Part shown: in pieces, positions 53,844-64,000 of the stretch
Layout: each line of letters starts with the position of its first letter
How positions within the stretch are numbered: position 1 is the stretch's first letter
NCBI GenBank assembly: GCA_950097015.1
Contig: CATNEN010000038.1
Span: forward strand, 28,210,001 to 28,274,000
Length of the DNA: 64,000 bases
Origin: Macrostomum hystrix
Taxonomy: Eukaryota > Animalia > Platyhelminthes
Direction: 5' to 3'
The notes under the pieces: generated by a model
What the model was told of the DNA's origin: nothing
The model's input: the letters and a program-made list of their open reading frames with translations, nothing else
Databases searched by the model: none
Program-made: the position numbers and the translations under genes

Positions 53844-55128
53844 CACAAGTGAGCCCCCCTCAAACCAGAGGAAGAAATATCCTAAATACCAATATATTTT
53901 GTTGCTGTTAGGCACTCATGGTAGACTCAATGTTGAAATTAGATCATTTATTCAATCTGGATCCACTTGGTGTGTGATAGCAAGGTGATGTGCAAGGCTT
54001 TTTTAAAGCACAATAGTCAATTTAGGCACTATTTTTGTGATCCAGGTATTATATGAAATGTGATTCTTGTAATTATTTATACAAATGCCTTTAAACATTT
54101 AAATTCTTTTCTAGGAAGTTTTATGCAAAGCATTTAAAAACTGTGAATTCATAAATGTTAAGGTCAATTTAACTTATCGCTCCTAAATGTGATATCCTAA
54201 ACAAATAATAAATCCTTGAATTCCTGACTTTAGGGCCTATCATTATTGTATATCAGTCTTAGTTGTGGCCAAGAATTTGTCAATTAAAGAACCTAATTTT
54301 GTTCATTATTGCAGTTTTGGCCATAATGTTAGAGCCAATTTTACTTGATCTAGTTTATTAATGTGCTTTGGCAGACCAGTTCTGCTGAAATTGCTTTCGC
54401 AAATGTTCGATTGCCAGTCTCTCTTGTTCTTGCTGTGCTGCTGGATAATTCTTTTGATACTCATAGTTCTAATAGTGCATACTGTTTAATCTTGAACTTT
54501 CAAGGTTGTTTGTCTGTCTTTATTTGTTCATAGCGTTGAACTCTGGCTTTTCTTAAAACTCAGCAAAAATACACATCGCAATCAATACTGTCAATGATTC
54601 CCATTATGCAAAAATGTGTTCAATCACTTAAATTTAGTTGTTCCGTGGCTGTGTCCTTAATTGTTGAAAGATGAAGCATACGTCTTTGTCTGGTTTTAGG
54701 GATTATTGTTGACTGTAAATGCTACCCAAAAGTGCTATTTTATTCACAATTGCTCTTTAAGTAGCATTTCGAGTGTCAGAAATCCATACATTTAGAAATT
54801 TGTGTTCAGGTTCAAAAAATATTTAAATGTAAATCAGTGCTTTCCAACTTCTCTCAATGTAATGTATCTGAAGTGCTTGCTTTTTGCATGTACTTCAAGT
54901 AAACTTTTTTGTTTAATGTTTGGTTTACTGGAGTAAATTTCAATGCCTGGTTAATTATTGTAACTCGTAATTAAAAATCCTAGATACATATAATTATTTC
55001 CTTTCTAAGGGACAGTCAAAATCCGAAATTTGCTATGTCAATCAAGTCAAGATGTATCTAAAGCTAAGTTTTCTAAATATCTTCTAGACAGCATTTGTAG
55101 TATGGTTGACCAGTTTGTCAATTGTTAG

Positions 55129-56127
55129 CTAGAAAGTTTCGACACTTCGGGTAGCCAAGCTTGACATATTCATCTGGGATCCATCCGAGCTGTTTGTATT
55201 GCGAACCAGAGAACATGTTATGTAGCGGCGAAAATCGGGCATAAAGATCAGGTACATTAGCGGATTGACTGCGCAGTTCAGGTTCAGCATAAACGAGTCT
55301 AGATGATCGAGGAATCCGCCGTACTGCTTTTGAATTCCAATGCATAACAGAAGATAGTTGATTGAATCGAATGCGAATAGTAGTACTGAAGCCGCACTTG
55401 TAATGCCAGTCATTAGCGTGAGCCTTCGAGTTGCGTCGCTCACTTTCTTGCTTCCAACTTCGTTGCTCGACGTTGATCTTAACACTGAAGACTTGCGAAT
55501 CGTTCTCATAATCACCACATACAAAACAATGGACAGTATCGAAGGCAGCATCCAGAACAATGTCACATATGTTATTCCAAGGGCTTTAACCAGAACTGGA
55601 TCTACTTTGTCAATCACAAATGCGCATGATTTCACTACATTGGTGTCATTCGCAACTTGATTCTTTTCAAACGACCAAATACTCCAGCAGAATGGAAACT
55701 CAGCAAAAGAAGGCGAAGCAAACACAATTATCGCGAAGAGTCTCAGCAACAGAGTTTTGTGTCGCCTGTACCAGAACGGAGCGCACAGGCAGCAGCAGCG
55801 CTCGACTGCAATACACACCAGATTATAGACACTCATGCTGACTAGAGACCAATGAATTGCTTGACTAATTGCCAGTTTGCAGTAGAGCATCCACAGCCAG
55901 TCAGGCACCGTCTGTGGCATTTCAGGCAACAGCGCAACGTACTGAATTGTTGTCAAGTTGATAATCATTAGTGCTGCATCGATGACAGTTTGACTGCGCA
56001 ACATTAGAGTGCACAGTCGAGTGCCAGTTTTCCGACGAAAGCTAAATGCCAGAAAGAAGACATCCAGGATAATTGCCAGACAGAGTGCGATAGTGAGGGC
56101 AATCCGAAATGCCTCGCTATATTCCAT
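55129..56127 (-). CDS. Intronless class A (rhodopsin-like) orphan GPCR, paralog 1
   Basis: Seven hydrophobic segments, TM3 Cys, AVERC (DRY-equivalent), TM5 LP, and NPLMY followed by FR in helix 8. Confidence 0.93.
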   Translation of the reverse strand: MEYSEAFRIALTIALCLAIILDVFFLAFSFRRKTGTRLCTLMLRSQTVIDAALMIINLTTIQYVALLPEMPQTVPDWLWMLYCKLAISQAIHWSLVSMSVYNLVCIAVERCCCLCAPFWYRRHKTLLLRLFAIIVFASPSFAEFPFCWSIWSFEKNQVANDTNVVKSCAFVIDKVDPVLVKALGITYVTLFWMLPSILSIVLYVVIMRTIRKSSVLRSTSSNEVGSKKVSDATRRLTLMTGITSAASVLLFAFDSINYLLLCIGIQKQYGGFLDHLDSFMLNLNCAVNPLMYLIFMPDFRRYITCSLVRNTNSSDGSQMNMSSLATRSVETF

Positions 56128-57204
56128 TCTATGCTATGTGTGTTTTCTGATGTTGTTGCAGCGCTGTAAATTTAAAGCCTCTGGTCTTTCCACTGTTTTT
56201 GTGACTTTAAGAAGGGTGCTATTGGCTGCATTTTTTCATTGGTCCATCTTTAAGAATTCTTTAGATGTGTTTCAGGTTTAAAAATTAGTGTTAAGAATTA
56301 GGCGTCTGTTTAATATAGTATCAAATTCGATATTCTATGAAATATTATAGACGAATTTTATAAGTGCTTAACTTTCTCGTATTGTTTTTTTGATTGAATA
56401 CCAATAAAGTTGTCAAGTACAGTACACGTATTGTACAACCTAAGCTTACAAGATGCTCTAGTCTCACTTAATGAATATATTCTTTTAATTTATCACATCT
56501 ATAGCCTATATGTATAGATAGGATTTTGATTTTAGTTTGCTTAATTAACGTGTCATATTTCCTTTCTCTGGTTTTCAATCCCGAATAGTGGAATATCAAC
56601 TTAGAGTTTATTCTGTCTAGTTTGTATTTTGATTTGTTATACATAGCAACCTACTACCTGCCATGAATTTCTTTCTCATTTGCTTGTCGGATATTTTAAA
56701 ATTATAAGACATTTGTATTGCACAAAATTGCTCTCCTAAATTAGCCCAACTACTAAGCTGTTACGTGCGACTTCAAAAAAGCTTTTTCATTCATTAAATC
56801 CAAGAAACAAATCTTGTGCGGTTGCAAAGTTAAATCTAAACGAGATCACAAATTGTGATTTAACGGATCGTGACTGGTCCAGTTTCTAAATTGTAATATA
56901 TTTTTTGTAATCGTAGCTCATGGCTAGTTATTGAATGATTAATATAAGAAACGACATTTAAAAGTAAATTAGAGCTAAGCTAATATATAATAGTGCAGCA
57001 CATGAACATTAGTAGTATCCATAAGCGGAAAAAACTAGACTAAAGTGTCATACTTAGCGAATAAGTGTCCCTCTTGTCCATTTAAATAGACAAGGCAATA
57101 AACGTATTGTCGTTTTGCTTTAGTCATCTTGCATTGTCCTTTATTTGCTACAAAAGCATCGTTACTGACGTAAAAAATAGTAGCTTCTAAGCGATATCAC
57201 TTTT

Positions 57205-58203
57205 TTAAAGATTGCCACTATTCGTCGATCCAGTCCCAGAATACTTGATTGTTGATCCGTTGGCTCCATTCTTGTTTTTGAAAAGCGAGCAAGTGATGAA
57301 ACGTCGAAAGTCTGGCATAAAGATCAGGTACATTAGCGGATTCACAGCGCTGTTCACGTTCAACAAAAATGAGTCCAAATGATCAGCGAATTCTCCGTGC
57401 TGTGTTTCAATTCCAAGACATAACAGAAGGTAGTTAACGGAATCCATCGCAAAAAGCAGTATGAAAGCGGCACTTGTAATGCCTGTCATTAGCGTGAGCT
57501 TTCGGGTTGCTTCGCTCACTTTCCTCCCGCCGGCATCGCTGCTAGATGTGGACCTGAGAGCCGAAGACTTTCGTATTGTTCTCAGAACAATCAGGTACAG
57601 AACAATAGACAAAATCGATGGTAGAACCCAGAATAGAGTAACGTATGTTATACCGAGCGCTTTTAGCGTTACCTGATCTATTTCCGAATAAATGAACCTG
57701 CATGACTTAAAAATATCGGTTCCGTTGTCTACCTGCTGCTTTTCAAATGAGCATATAATCCAACATAGTGGAAACTCAGCGAACGATGGAGATGCGAACA
57801 CAATTATCGCGAAGAGCCTCAGCAACAGAGTTTTGTGTCGCCTGTACCAAAACGGAGCGCACAGGCAGCAGCAGCGCTCGACTGCAATACACACCAGATT
57901 ATAGACACTCATGCTGACTAGTGACCAGTGAATTGCTTGACTAATCACCAACTTGCAGTAGAGCAACCAAAGCCAATCTGGCACCGCTTGTGGAAGTCCT
58001 GGAATGATTGTAATATACTGAATCGTTGTCAGATTAGCTATCATTAGGGCAGCATCGATGATCGTTTGGCTGCGCAGCATCAGAGTACACAGTCTGGTGC
58101 CAATTTTCCGACGTACGCTGAACACCAGAAAGAGCGCATCGAATATAAGTGCCAGAGTTAGTGCTATGGTTAGAACAATGCGAAATGCCTCTTCGTATTC
58201 CAT
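57205..58203 (-). CDS. Intronless class A orphan GPCR, paralog 2 (tandem duplicate)
   Basis: Same 332-aa length and motifs; ungapped alignment to paralog 1 at offset 2076. Confidence 0.93.
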   Translation of the reverse strand: MEYEEAFRIVLTIALTLALIFDALFLVFSVRRKIGTRLCTLMLRSQTIIDAALMIANLTTIQYITIIPGLPQAVPDWLWLLYCKLVISQAIHWSLVSMSVYNLVCIAVERCCCLCAPFWYRRHKTLLLRLFAIIVFASPSFAEFPLCWIICSFEKQQVDNGTDIFKSCRFIYSEIDQVTLKALGITYVTLFWVLPSILSIVLYLIVLRTIRKSSALRSTSSSDAGGRKVSEATRKLTLMTGITSAAFILLFAMDSVNYLLLCLGIETQHGEFADHLDSFLLNVNSAVNPLMYLIFMPDFRRFITCSLFKNKNGANGSTIKYSGTGSTNSGNL

Positions 58204-58806
58204 TGCAAGCCTAATTCGTCTTCCTATATATTTTACTACTTTGCTTTTAAAGACATTTTTGCTAAAAATTCCTGGTTTTTATAGGCGAAAAATCCGTTAG
58301 CTAACTTTAATTGGTTCTTAAGTTCCAGAAGAACCAATAGGTCCTTGTTCTTTTAAGAGACACTAATAAGTTTCGTTAGCTTTTTCAGCTCTCGTTAAGT
58401 GATCTTTAATAAAAAATCACGGACTACTTCCTCTGCAAAAAGTCTTTGAGCTTTACTTCACTAGTCGGTGTAAAGGGTCTTCCTAAAAAATCAGTGAATC
58501 TATTTGCTTCGGACCTGTCTTTTTCATATTAATTCTTTGTTTAAAAGAGCTGCCCTGTCGTCGATAAGCTAATCCAATAGGGTTTCCGTCGCTGGTTTAG
58601 GTCCTGATTGGCGCTATTGTCGTGTCGTCACTAGGCTAAGAAAGTTCCTTTCTAATTTACCAGTAATATTGGTTAAATATTTGCGCCTTTGACTTACTTG
58701 ACTTAGCGGCAGGGGGCCTCCATGACGGACGCAGCGAGGAGGCGGCTGTTGCCGCCCATATCGCTAACCCCTGGCAGCCAGACGGCCTCCAGCGAGGCGG
58801 TGCCGC

Positions 58807-61800
58807 TCAGGGTGGTCCGTCGGTCGGTTCCGCCGCGCGATCTTCCTCGCCATAGGCTGGGAAGAAATCAGCTCGGCCGGTATCCCGGAGGAAGTGGGCG
58901 AGCTGAGGGATGTTCTCGGGCGAGCAGGCTTCGGCAAGAGTCGGTGCCGGCCCGAGGTGTTTTAGCCTAGCCCGGGTGAAGGCCGGGCAGTGGCAAATGA
59001 AATGCTCGGCGTTTTCACGGCCGGAGCAGCAGAAAGGACACGTTTCCTCAGGCACGTGGCCTTGGAGGTAGCGGTGTCTGGTGAAGCAGCCATGTCCCGA
59101 AAGGGCCATGGTGACTGCTCTCAGGTCTCTGCGGTTTAGCCTGAGTAAGGCCTTACGCAGGTTACTAGAGGGGGTTGGCACCGCAGCCCTGGACTGGCGA
59201 CAGTTCAGGGTGCTGGACCACCTCCTCCGGTGCTGGGTCTCCATCCAGTGGTTGATGCTGGAGTTGACAACGGAGGCGGGGATCGGGGATTCCGGGCCCG
59301 GGCCCATCAGGGAGCTGGCTGCTCCAGCCTTTGCAAGCTCGTCCGCCATCTCATTCCCTGTGAGCCCGGCGTGCCCAGGGATCCACATCAGCTCCACCTT
59401 GTTAGACTGCGCCAAACCGTTTAACTGGGTGTTGCAGTCCAAGGTGGTTCTGGAGCGAGAGGTGCAGCGACTGAGGGCCTTGAGGGCTGCTTGACTGTCG
59501 GAGTGAAAAAAGATCCTCCGACCAGCCAGCTGCCTCTGGCGCAGCTCAGCCGCACAGAAGCTGATGGCGAGCATTTCGTTTTGGAAAACGCTTGAGCTCT
59601 TGCCACAGTGTTGGGAGTGGGTCCAGAGGACCTCGCCACCCGAGGCGACGCACACCCCGAATCCCGATTTACCGTTCATCAGGGAGCCGTCAGTGTAACA
59701 GTGGACTGCGGGGTCATCCCAGCAGTCCTTTACCTCATTACGAGGGAAGATGCTGACTTTGTACCTGTGGCTCCGGAGTAAAGTGGCCGGGGCCCCGTCC
59801 GAAAGGATGGTGAGCCCTCCGCACTCGCCCAGAGTTTTCAGGCAGAGGTCAGAGTGGGGCAGAAGGGAGCGCTTCGAGAAGGCTCGCGAATTCTGGAAGG
59901 ATACACCCGCATCAAGGAGACGACGGGTGGACTTTGCCGCTTCCCCCTTAACAAAAATGTCAATGGGTGTAGCGTTGAGGAAAGCGTTCATGCCTTCAAA
60001 GGGAGTGGAGGGTGGGGCGCCCAGCGTCATGCGACAGGCTCTGCCCTGCACCCTATAAAGCGCCTCCAGGTTTTTCTGGATGCTCATGGCACTGGCCCAG
60101 ATGAGGCCAGCGTAAGCGACTGACGGTCTAATGATCGCCGTGTAAATCCACCAAAGGTTTTTGGGGGTTAGCCCCCAAGTGGTGCCCACGGCTCGCCTGA
60201 CTTGCGCCAGAATGGCCAGGGCCCTCTTGGCCTTTGTGGTAATGTGCGGGGTCCAGTTAAGCCTATGGTCTAGCAGGATACCAAGGCACCGGACCTGCTT
60301 TTCCATGGCAATATTCTTGCCATAGAGAGTCAGAGGCTCAATGGTCCAGCGCAGCCTGCTGGTAAACATAACCGCAACGGTCTTGGACTCAGAGAGTCGG
60401 AGCCCGCATTGGTCCGCCCAGCGCACCGCCCTGTTGATAAAGCCCTGAATGAGGTCCCTGGTGGTTTCCGCCGAGGGGCCCGCGCAGATGGCGGTCACAT
60501 CGTCGGCATATCCCACCTTCAGGACTGGGTCAGGCCGAGTGCTTTTTAGCAGCTCATCCATGACGAGATTCCACAGCAGTGGGGTGAGGACGCCACCTTG
60601 GGGCCCTCCTTTTAGGACAGGTGCCGAGAGCACCCTGCCTTCGAGGTGGGCCACCACGTGGCGATTCCGGATCATGTACATGACCCAACGGACGAGGTGG
60701 GGGTGAGTGGCCCTGGAAACCAGGGCCTTCTCAAAGGCTTCGAAAATAACGTTATCGAAGGCCCCCTCAATATCAAGGAAAACAGCCAGGGCAAAACCGC
60801 TGCCCAGCACTGCCTTCTCGAGAGTCTCCACAATGCAGTGGAGGGCGCTCTCCGTGGACCGGCCCGCCCGAAAGGCGTGCTGGTTTGGTGAGAGCGGGGC
60901 CCGCCCTAGCTCTACAGTAAGAAGGCGCCAGAGCACCAGTCTTTCCATGAGCTTGAGGCAGGTGGAAGTCAAGCTTATCGGGCGATAAGACTTGACCGAG
61001 CGATAGTCGCCTTTGGCGGGCTTCGGGATGAAGACGACCCGGGCTTCATGCCACCGCGCTGGTACGTAGCCCAGCACGATGCAGGCCCGTAGAAGTCTGC
61101 AGAGGAGATGGAGGAAGCGGCCATTTTTAACCGCTTCATGCAGAAAGGCCGGATATATACCATCTGGCCCAGGTGCTTTAAAAGGATTGAATGACTTAGC
61201 CGCGCGAACGATGCGGTCATTCGTAACGAGTGACTGAGCCAGGCCCTGACCTCCACGCGAGTGGTCGTCTGGGCCGAAGTGCGCCGGTACACTCGGGAAG
61301 AAATGCCCTAGCATAAGCTCGAGCGTTTCCTCCGGGCGCTCAGTGATCGAGCCGTCCGGCTTTTTAATCGATGAGAGCTTGGAGAAGCGGTCGTTGGTGA
61401 GCGCCTTTACCACGCGGGCCGTGGGCCGCGAGCCCTCAAGCCCTTCGCAGTATTGTCGCCACTTGTCCGCTTTTGCCCTTCTGACCCGGCCCTTAAACTC
61501 GTGGATGGCGCGAGTATAGGCCTCTTTGTCATCAGGGTCGTGCGAGGTTTTCAGCTTCCTCTGGAGAGCCTTAGCTCGGCGTCTTAGGACTCCGAGCTCG
61601 GGGTTCCACCAGGGGGCCGATTTTTTGCCTTTGTAGGCTTTGAGCGGGCAAGCCATTTCGTAGGCCTCTGTGATGGCGCCGCCCAGCAGGGCAGCCACTC
61701 CATCCAGGTCCTGCGTGGTTTCCATGGCCATGGAGGGGTCAGAATCCCGAAGGCCCTCATGCAGCTTTTGGCTGAACGCGGGCCAGTCGGTATTTCTGAC

Positions 61801-62511
61801 ATTACGCCTCCAAATAGGCTTTTGCTTCTTATCGGGGGTGCCGATGTTGAAACGGATGAAACGGTGGTCCGAGAGCGAGCTTTCGGTCTCCCACACCTCC
61901 CACCCCAGCACCCTTGGGAGGATGCCGGGTGAGGCCAGGGTGACGTCAAGCACCTCAGCCCACCGCCCATTGTCGAAAGTGGGCGTGTTGCCCACATTGC
62001 AGAAGTTTAGAGGCGTGCCGCTGACGAAGGCCAGGAGCTCTTCGCCGCGGTCATTGATTTTTGAGCTACCCCAGTGGGTGTGATGCGAGTTTACATCTCC
62101 CGCGAGGAGCAGCTCGAAGTTTCGTGCCCTGGCGAATTCACAGAGGGCGACGAGGGTATCGCTAACCACGGGGGCGTCGCCTGCCAGGTAGGCGGATGCC
62201 ACGAGGGTCAACTTGTTAGGCACAATGTGTGCAGATTGGATGACGCAGATGTCCCCGTTAGAGAGATCGGGTCTCATCCACGCATTTAAGGCTTTTGCGG
62301 CATAGATCAGTGATCTAGGGCGGACAGAGTCTGCCATGCAGAAGCAGTCATAGCCAGCAGGAATGTTGCTTGGCTTGTTCTTTGATAGCCAGGGCTCCTG
62401 CACAAGTACAAGGCCCGGCATCATGCGCTCTGTCGTGCGCATCAGATTGACTGATGCTGCCACGCAGTGCTGGGTGTTAACTTGCAGACATGATATTCCG
62501 GGGATCATCAT
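58807..62511 (-). CDS. LINE ORF2: APE endonuclease, reverse transcriptase, RNase H, CCHC knuckle
   Basis: QEPW, GDVNSHH and SDH (APE); [30 protein letters not shown] and YADD (RT); YTDGS, SDSQAAL and WIPGHAG..GNE.AD (RNase H); CPFC...EHFICHC. Confidence 0.97.
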   Translation of the reverse strand: MMIPGISCLQVNTQHCVAASVNLMRTTERMMPGLVLVQEPWLSKNKPSNIPAGYDCFCMADSVRPRSLIYAAKALNAWMRPDLSNGDICVIQSAHIVPNKLTLVASAYLAGDAPVVSDTLVALCEFARARNFELLLAGDVNSHHTHWGSSKINDRGEELLAFVSGTPLNFCNVGNTPTFDNGRWAEVLDVTLASPGILPRVLGWEVWETESSLSDHRFIRFNIGTPDKKQKPIWRRNVRNTDWPAFSQKLHEGLRDSDPSMAMETTQDLDGVAALLGGAITEAYEMACPLKAYKGKKSAPWWNPELGVLRRRAKALQRKLKTSHDPDDKEAYTRAIHEFKGRVRRAKADKWRQYCEGLEGSRPTARVVKALTNDRFSKLSSIKKPDGSITERPEETLELMLGHFFPSVPAHFGPDDHSRGGQGLAQSLVTNDRIVRAAKSFNPFKAPGPDGIYPAFLHEAVKNGRFLHLLCRLLRACIVLGYVPARWHEARVVFIPKPAKGDYRSVKSYRPISLTSTCLKLMERLVLWRLLTVELGRAPLSPNQHAFRAGRSTESALHCIVETLEKAVLGSGFALAVFLDIEGAFDNVIFEAFEKALVSRATHPHLVRWVMYMIRNRHVVAHLEGRVLSAPVLKGGPQGGVLTPLLWNLVMDELLKSTRPDPVLKVGYADDVTAICAGPSAETTRDLIQGFINRAVRWADQCGLRLSESKTVAVMFTSRLRWTIEPLTLYGKNIAMEKQVRCLGILLDHRLNWTPHITTKAKRALAILAQVRRAVGTTWGLTPKNLWWIYTAIIRPSVAYAGLIWASAMSIQKNLEALYRVQGRACRMTLGAPPSTPFEGMNAFLNATPIDIFVKGEAAKSTRRLLDAGVSFQNSRAFSKRSLLPHSDLCLKTLGECGGLTILSDGAPATLLRSHRYKVSIFPRNEVKDCWDDPAVHCYTDGSLMNGKSGFGVCVASGGEVLWTHSQHCGKSSSVFQNEMLAISFCAAELRQRQLAGRRIFFHSDSQAALKALSRCTSRSRTTLDCNTQLNGLAQSNKVELMWIPGHAGLTGNEMADELAKAGAASSLMGPGPESPIPASVVNSSINHWMETQHRRRWSSTLNCRQSRAAVPTPSSNLRKALLRLNRRDLRAVTMALSGHGCFTRHRYLQGHVPEETCPFCCSGRENAEHFICHCPAFTRARLKHLGPAPTLAEACSPENIPQLAHFLRDTGRADFFPAYGEEDRAAEPTDGPP

Positions 62512-62523
62512 GCAGGCAGAGGT

Positions 62524-64000
62524 CTACTTGGAGGGGGACCCAGCCAGAAGGCGGTCCTCCTCCTCCGGGTCGATGTCGGTAGCCATGGGCTCCTCCGTGC
62601 CCAGGCCCCGAGCCGGAGACGGGAACTCGACGGCGTCAGCCGCCCAGTCCCCGCCCCCGGCCCCGAGCCCAGGCCCAGAGTCGCCCTCAACTGGAGCCGA
62701 CACCGCTCCCTGGGCCGTGGGAGGGGCGCTCGAAGGGCCCTGCTCGATGGAGCTGGGCACCTCTGAGGCCTCCCCCGTAGCCCTTGGTTGCGGCGCCTGC
62801 CCCGGTGGGCCACCGCGCATCTCAGCGCGCAGCTGGGCCATCTTGGCGGTTCGCACCACCTCGGAGGCCCGCTGGAGAAGGCCCCGGCGCTTTGTGACAC
62901 GCGCGGGGCGACGCTCAGAGCTGCCAGCGATGGCACGCTCTGGCCTTTTTTGGCGGGACGACTGGGCCCTGCCCCCAGTCCCAGCCTTGGGGTCCGAGGA
63001 CCCTTCATTGGCCGGTACGGTGGTGGGCCCGGTCTGACCTCGGGTTTTATCCGCCTCGAAGGCGAAGATTTTGGTCTTCCACAGACCAATGCAAATGTTG
63101 GCGCCATCTGGGTAGCGGCGTGTCCATTGCTCGGACAGGCCCAGAATGGCGGTGAAACCGGTGCCGTCGGGGCGCAGGATCGTGCGGTGCACGATCAGGC
63201 CCGCTGTCGGCAGCTCCCGGTTCATCGCGATGAGGCCCCTGCGGAGGTCCTCAGCGCTGGTGACGACACTTTTCGCCGGGACGAAGATACGGTGTCGCTT
63301 GGTCTTTGGTGGCTCGTTCTCCCGTAGGAACTCGAGGCCAGCCGCCCAGCTCTGCGTGGGCAGCAACTCGAGGAGCCGCCGCCCCGATTCCGCATCGCCG
63401 GGCCAGACGACGAAGCACGATTCCCTGGTAGCGCTTGCGCCGACCGCCAGGGGCTCGCCCTTCAGTTGAAGTTGCCACAACATAGCATCTATGTTGCGGC
63501 AAATGTCGCTGAGCTGTTCGCTGCTCAGCCTTTTCCCGTCTCTGCCGGTGATGATGACGGCAGGTTGCCTACGTGCGATGGCGGCGTAGGTAGCTTGTGG
63601 TCCCGGGCCCTGTCCGGTGGCGTCCCCACCCTCGGGATCTGCGTCGGCGGTGGGCACTGGGCCCTCCGCCTCCGCTTCTCCTTCGGGCCGGGCAGCCGTC
63701 CGGATGGGCGCCGGGCCCTCCTTGGCCCGCGACCCTGGCCTCGGGGCGTCGTGGGCTCCGCCCCGTGCAGGAGCCTGGGCAGGAGGCACAAGGCCCCCCG
63801 CCCCAGCCCCCGCCCTAGGCAGAGCCCCTTCGGCCCCTCTGGCCTGGGCCTGGTCCTTGGTCAATGGAGCCGACGTGCCGTGGGCCAGCATGCGCCTACG
63901 GCGTTTTGCCGCTCCAGAGGTGGTGGAGCGCTTAGCGCCCCGGTCATCGCGCGAGTTGGGCAGCGCGGCATTTGTGGCGGTCGCGGGGCCAGCTAGCCCG
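62524..64000 (-). CDS. LINE ORF1 (nucleic-acid chaperone); frame stays open to the window edge
   Basis: Lies 12 nt upstream of ORF2. The upstream in-frame peptide ...SGAAKRRRRM and TYAAIAR resemble LOA-type ORF1. Confidence 0.85.
   Translation of the reverse strand, partial: GLAGPATATNAALPNSRDDRGAKRSTTSGAAKRRRRMLAHGTSAPLTKDQAQARGAEGALPRAGAGAGGLVPPAQAPARGGAHDAPRPGSRAKEGPAPIRTAARPEGEAEAEGPVPTADADPEGGDATGQGPGPQATYAAIARRQPAVIITGRDGKRLSSEQLSDICRNIDAMLWQLQLKGEPLAVGASATRESCFVVWPGDAESGRRLLELLPTQSWAAGLEFLRENEPPKTKRHRIFVPAKSVVTSAEDLRRGLIAMNRELPTAGLIVHRTILRPDGTGFTAILGLSEQWTRRYPDGANICIGLWKTKIFAFEADKTRGQTGPTTVPANEGSSDPKAGTGGRAQSSRQKRPERAIAGSSERRPARVTKRRGLLQRASEVVRTAKMAQLRAEMRGGPPGQAPQPRATGEASEVPSSIEQGPSSAPPTAQGAVSAPVEGDSGPGLGAGGGDWAADAVEFPSPARGLGTEEPMATDIDPEEEDRLLAGSPSK

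Larger units (their letters stand above)
58689..64000 (-). mobile_element. Apparently intact LOA/R1-group non-LTR retrotransposon; the 5' end lies beyond the window
   Basis: Two ORFs, a short structured 3' UTR, a (TAAGTCAAG) tail and a sharp GC-content step against the flank. Confidence 0.95.

Noticed and set aside
59081-63996. Many antisense and alternate-frame ORFs within the LINE
   Set aside because: Expected from the high GC content of the element; no recognisable domains.

Overview
AT-rich animal genomic DNA with short GT-AG introns and many minisatellites. The style resembles the free-living flatworm Macrostomum, but that is my inference and is unverified. Genes I could reconstruct by hand with consistent splice phases: a secreted C-type lectin, a cytosolic 5'-nucleotidase/metallophosphoesterase, intronless LENG1, an 11-exon EFR3, a polyQ single-pass membrane protein, a CUB-LDLa-trypsin protease, a LITAF-domain protein, an unknown 3-exon protein and two tandem intronless class A GPCRs, plus the first exon of an NRBP-like pseudokinase. 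Mobile DNA: a GC-rich, apparently intact LOA/R1-group LINE (ORF1; APE-RT-RNaseH-CCHC ORF2) running off the right end, the 3' end of a related LINE at the left end, seven copies of a tRNA-headed SINE, two CORE-SINE-like relics, several MITE-like elements and a Harbinger transposase relic. The main observation is a three-way-junction RNA motif with compensatory changes, shared by three divergent LINE 3' ends (one a 76-bp insert that is little more than the motif) and by the SINE tail. This suggests a LINE/SINE partnership based on structural mimicry.
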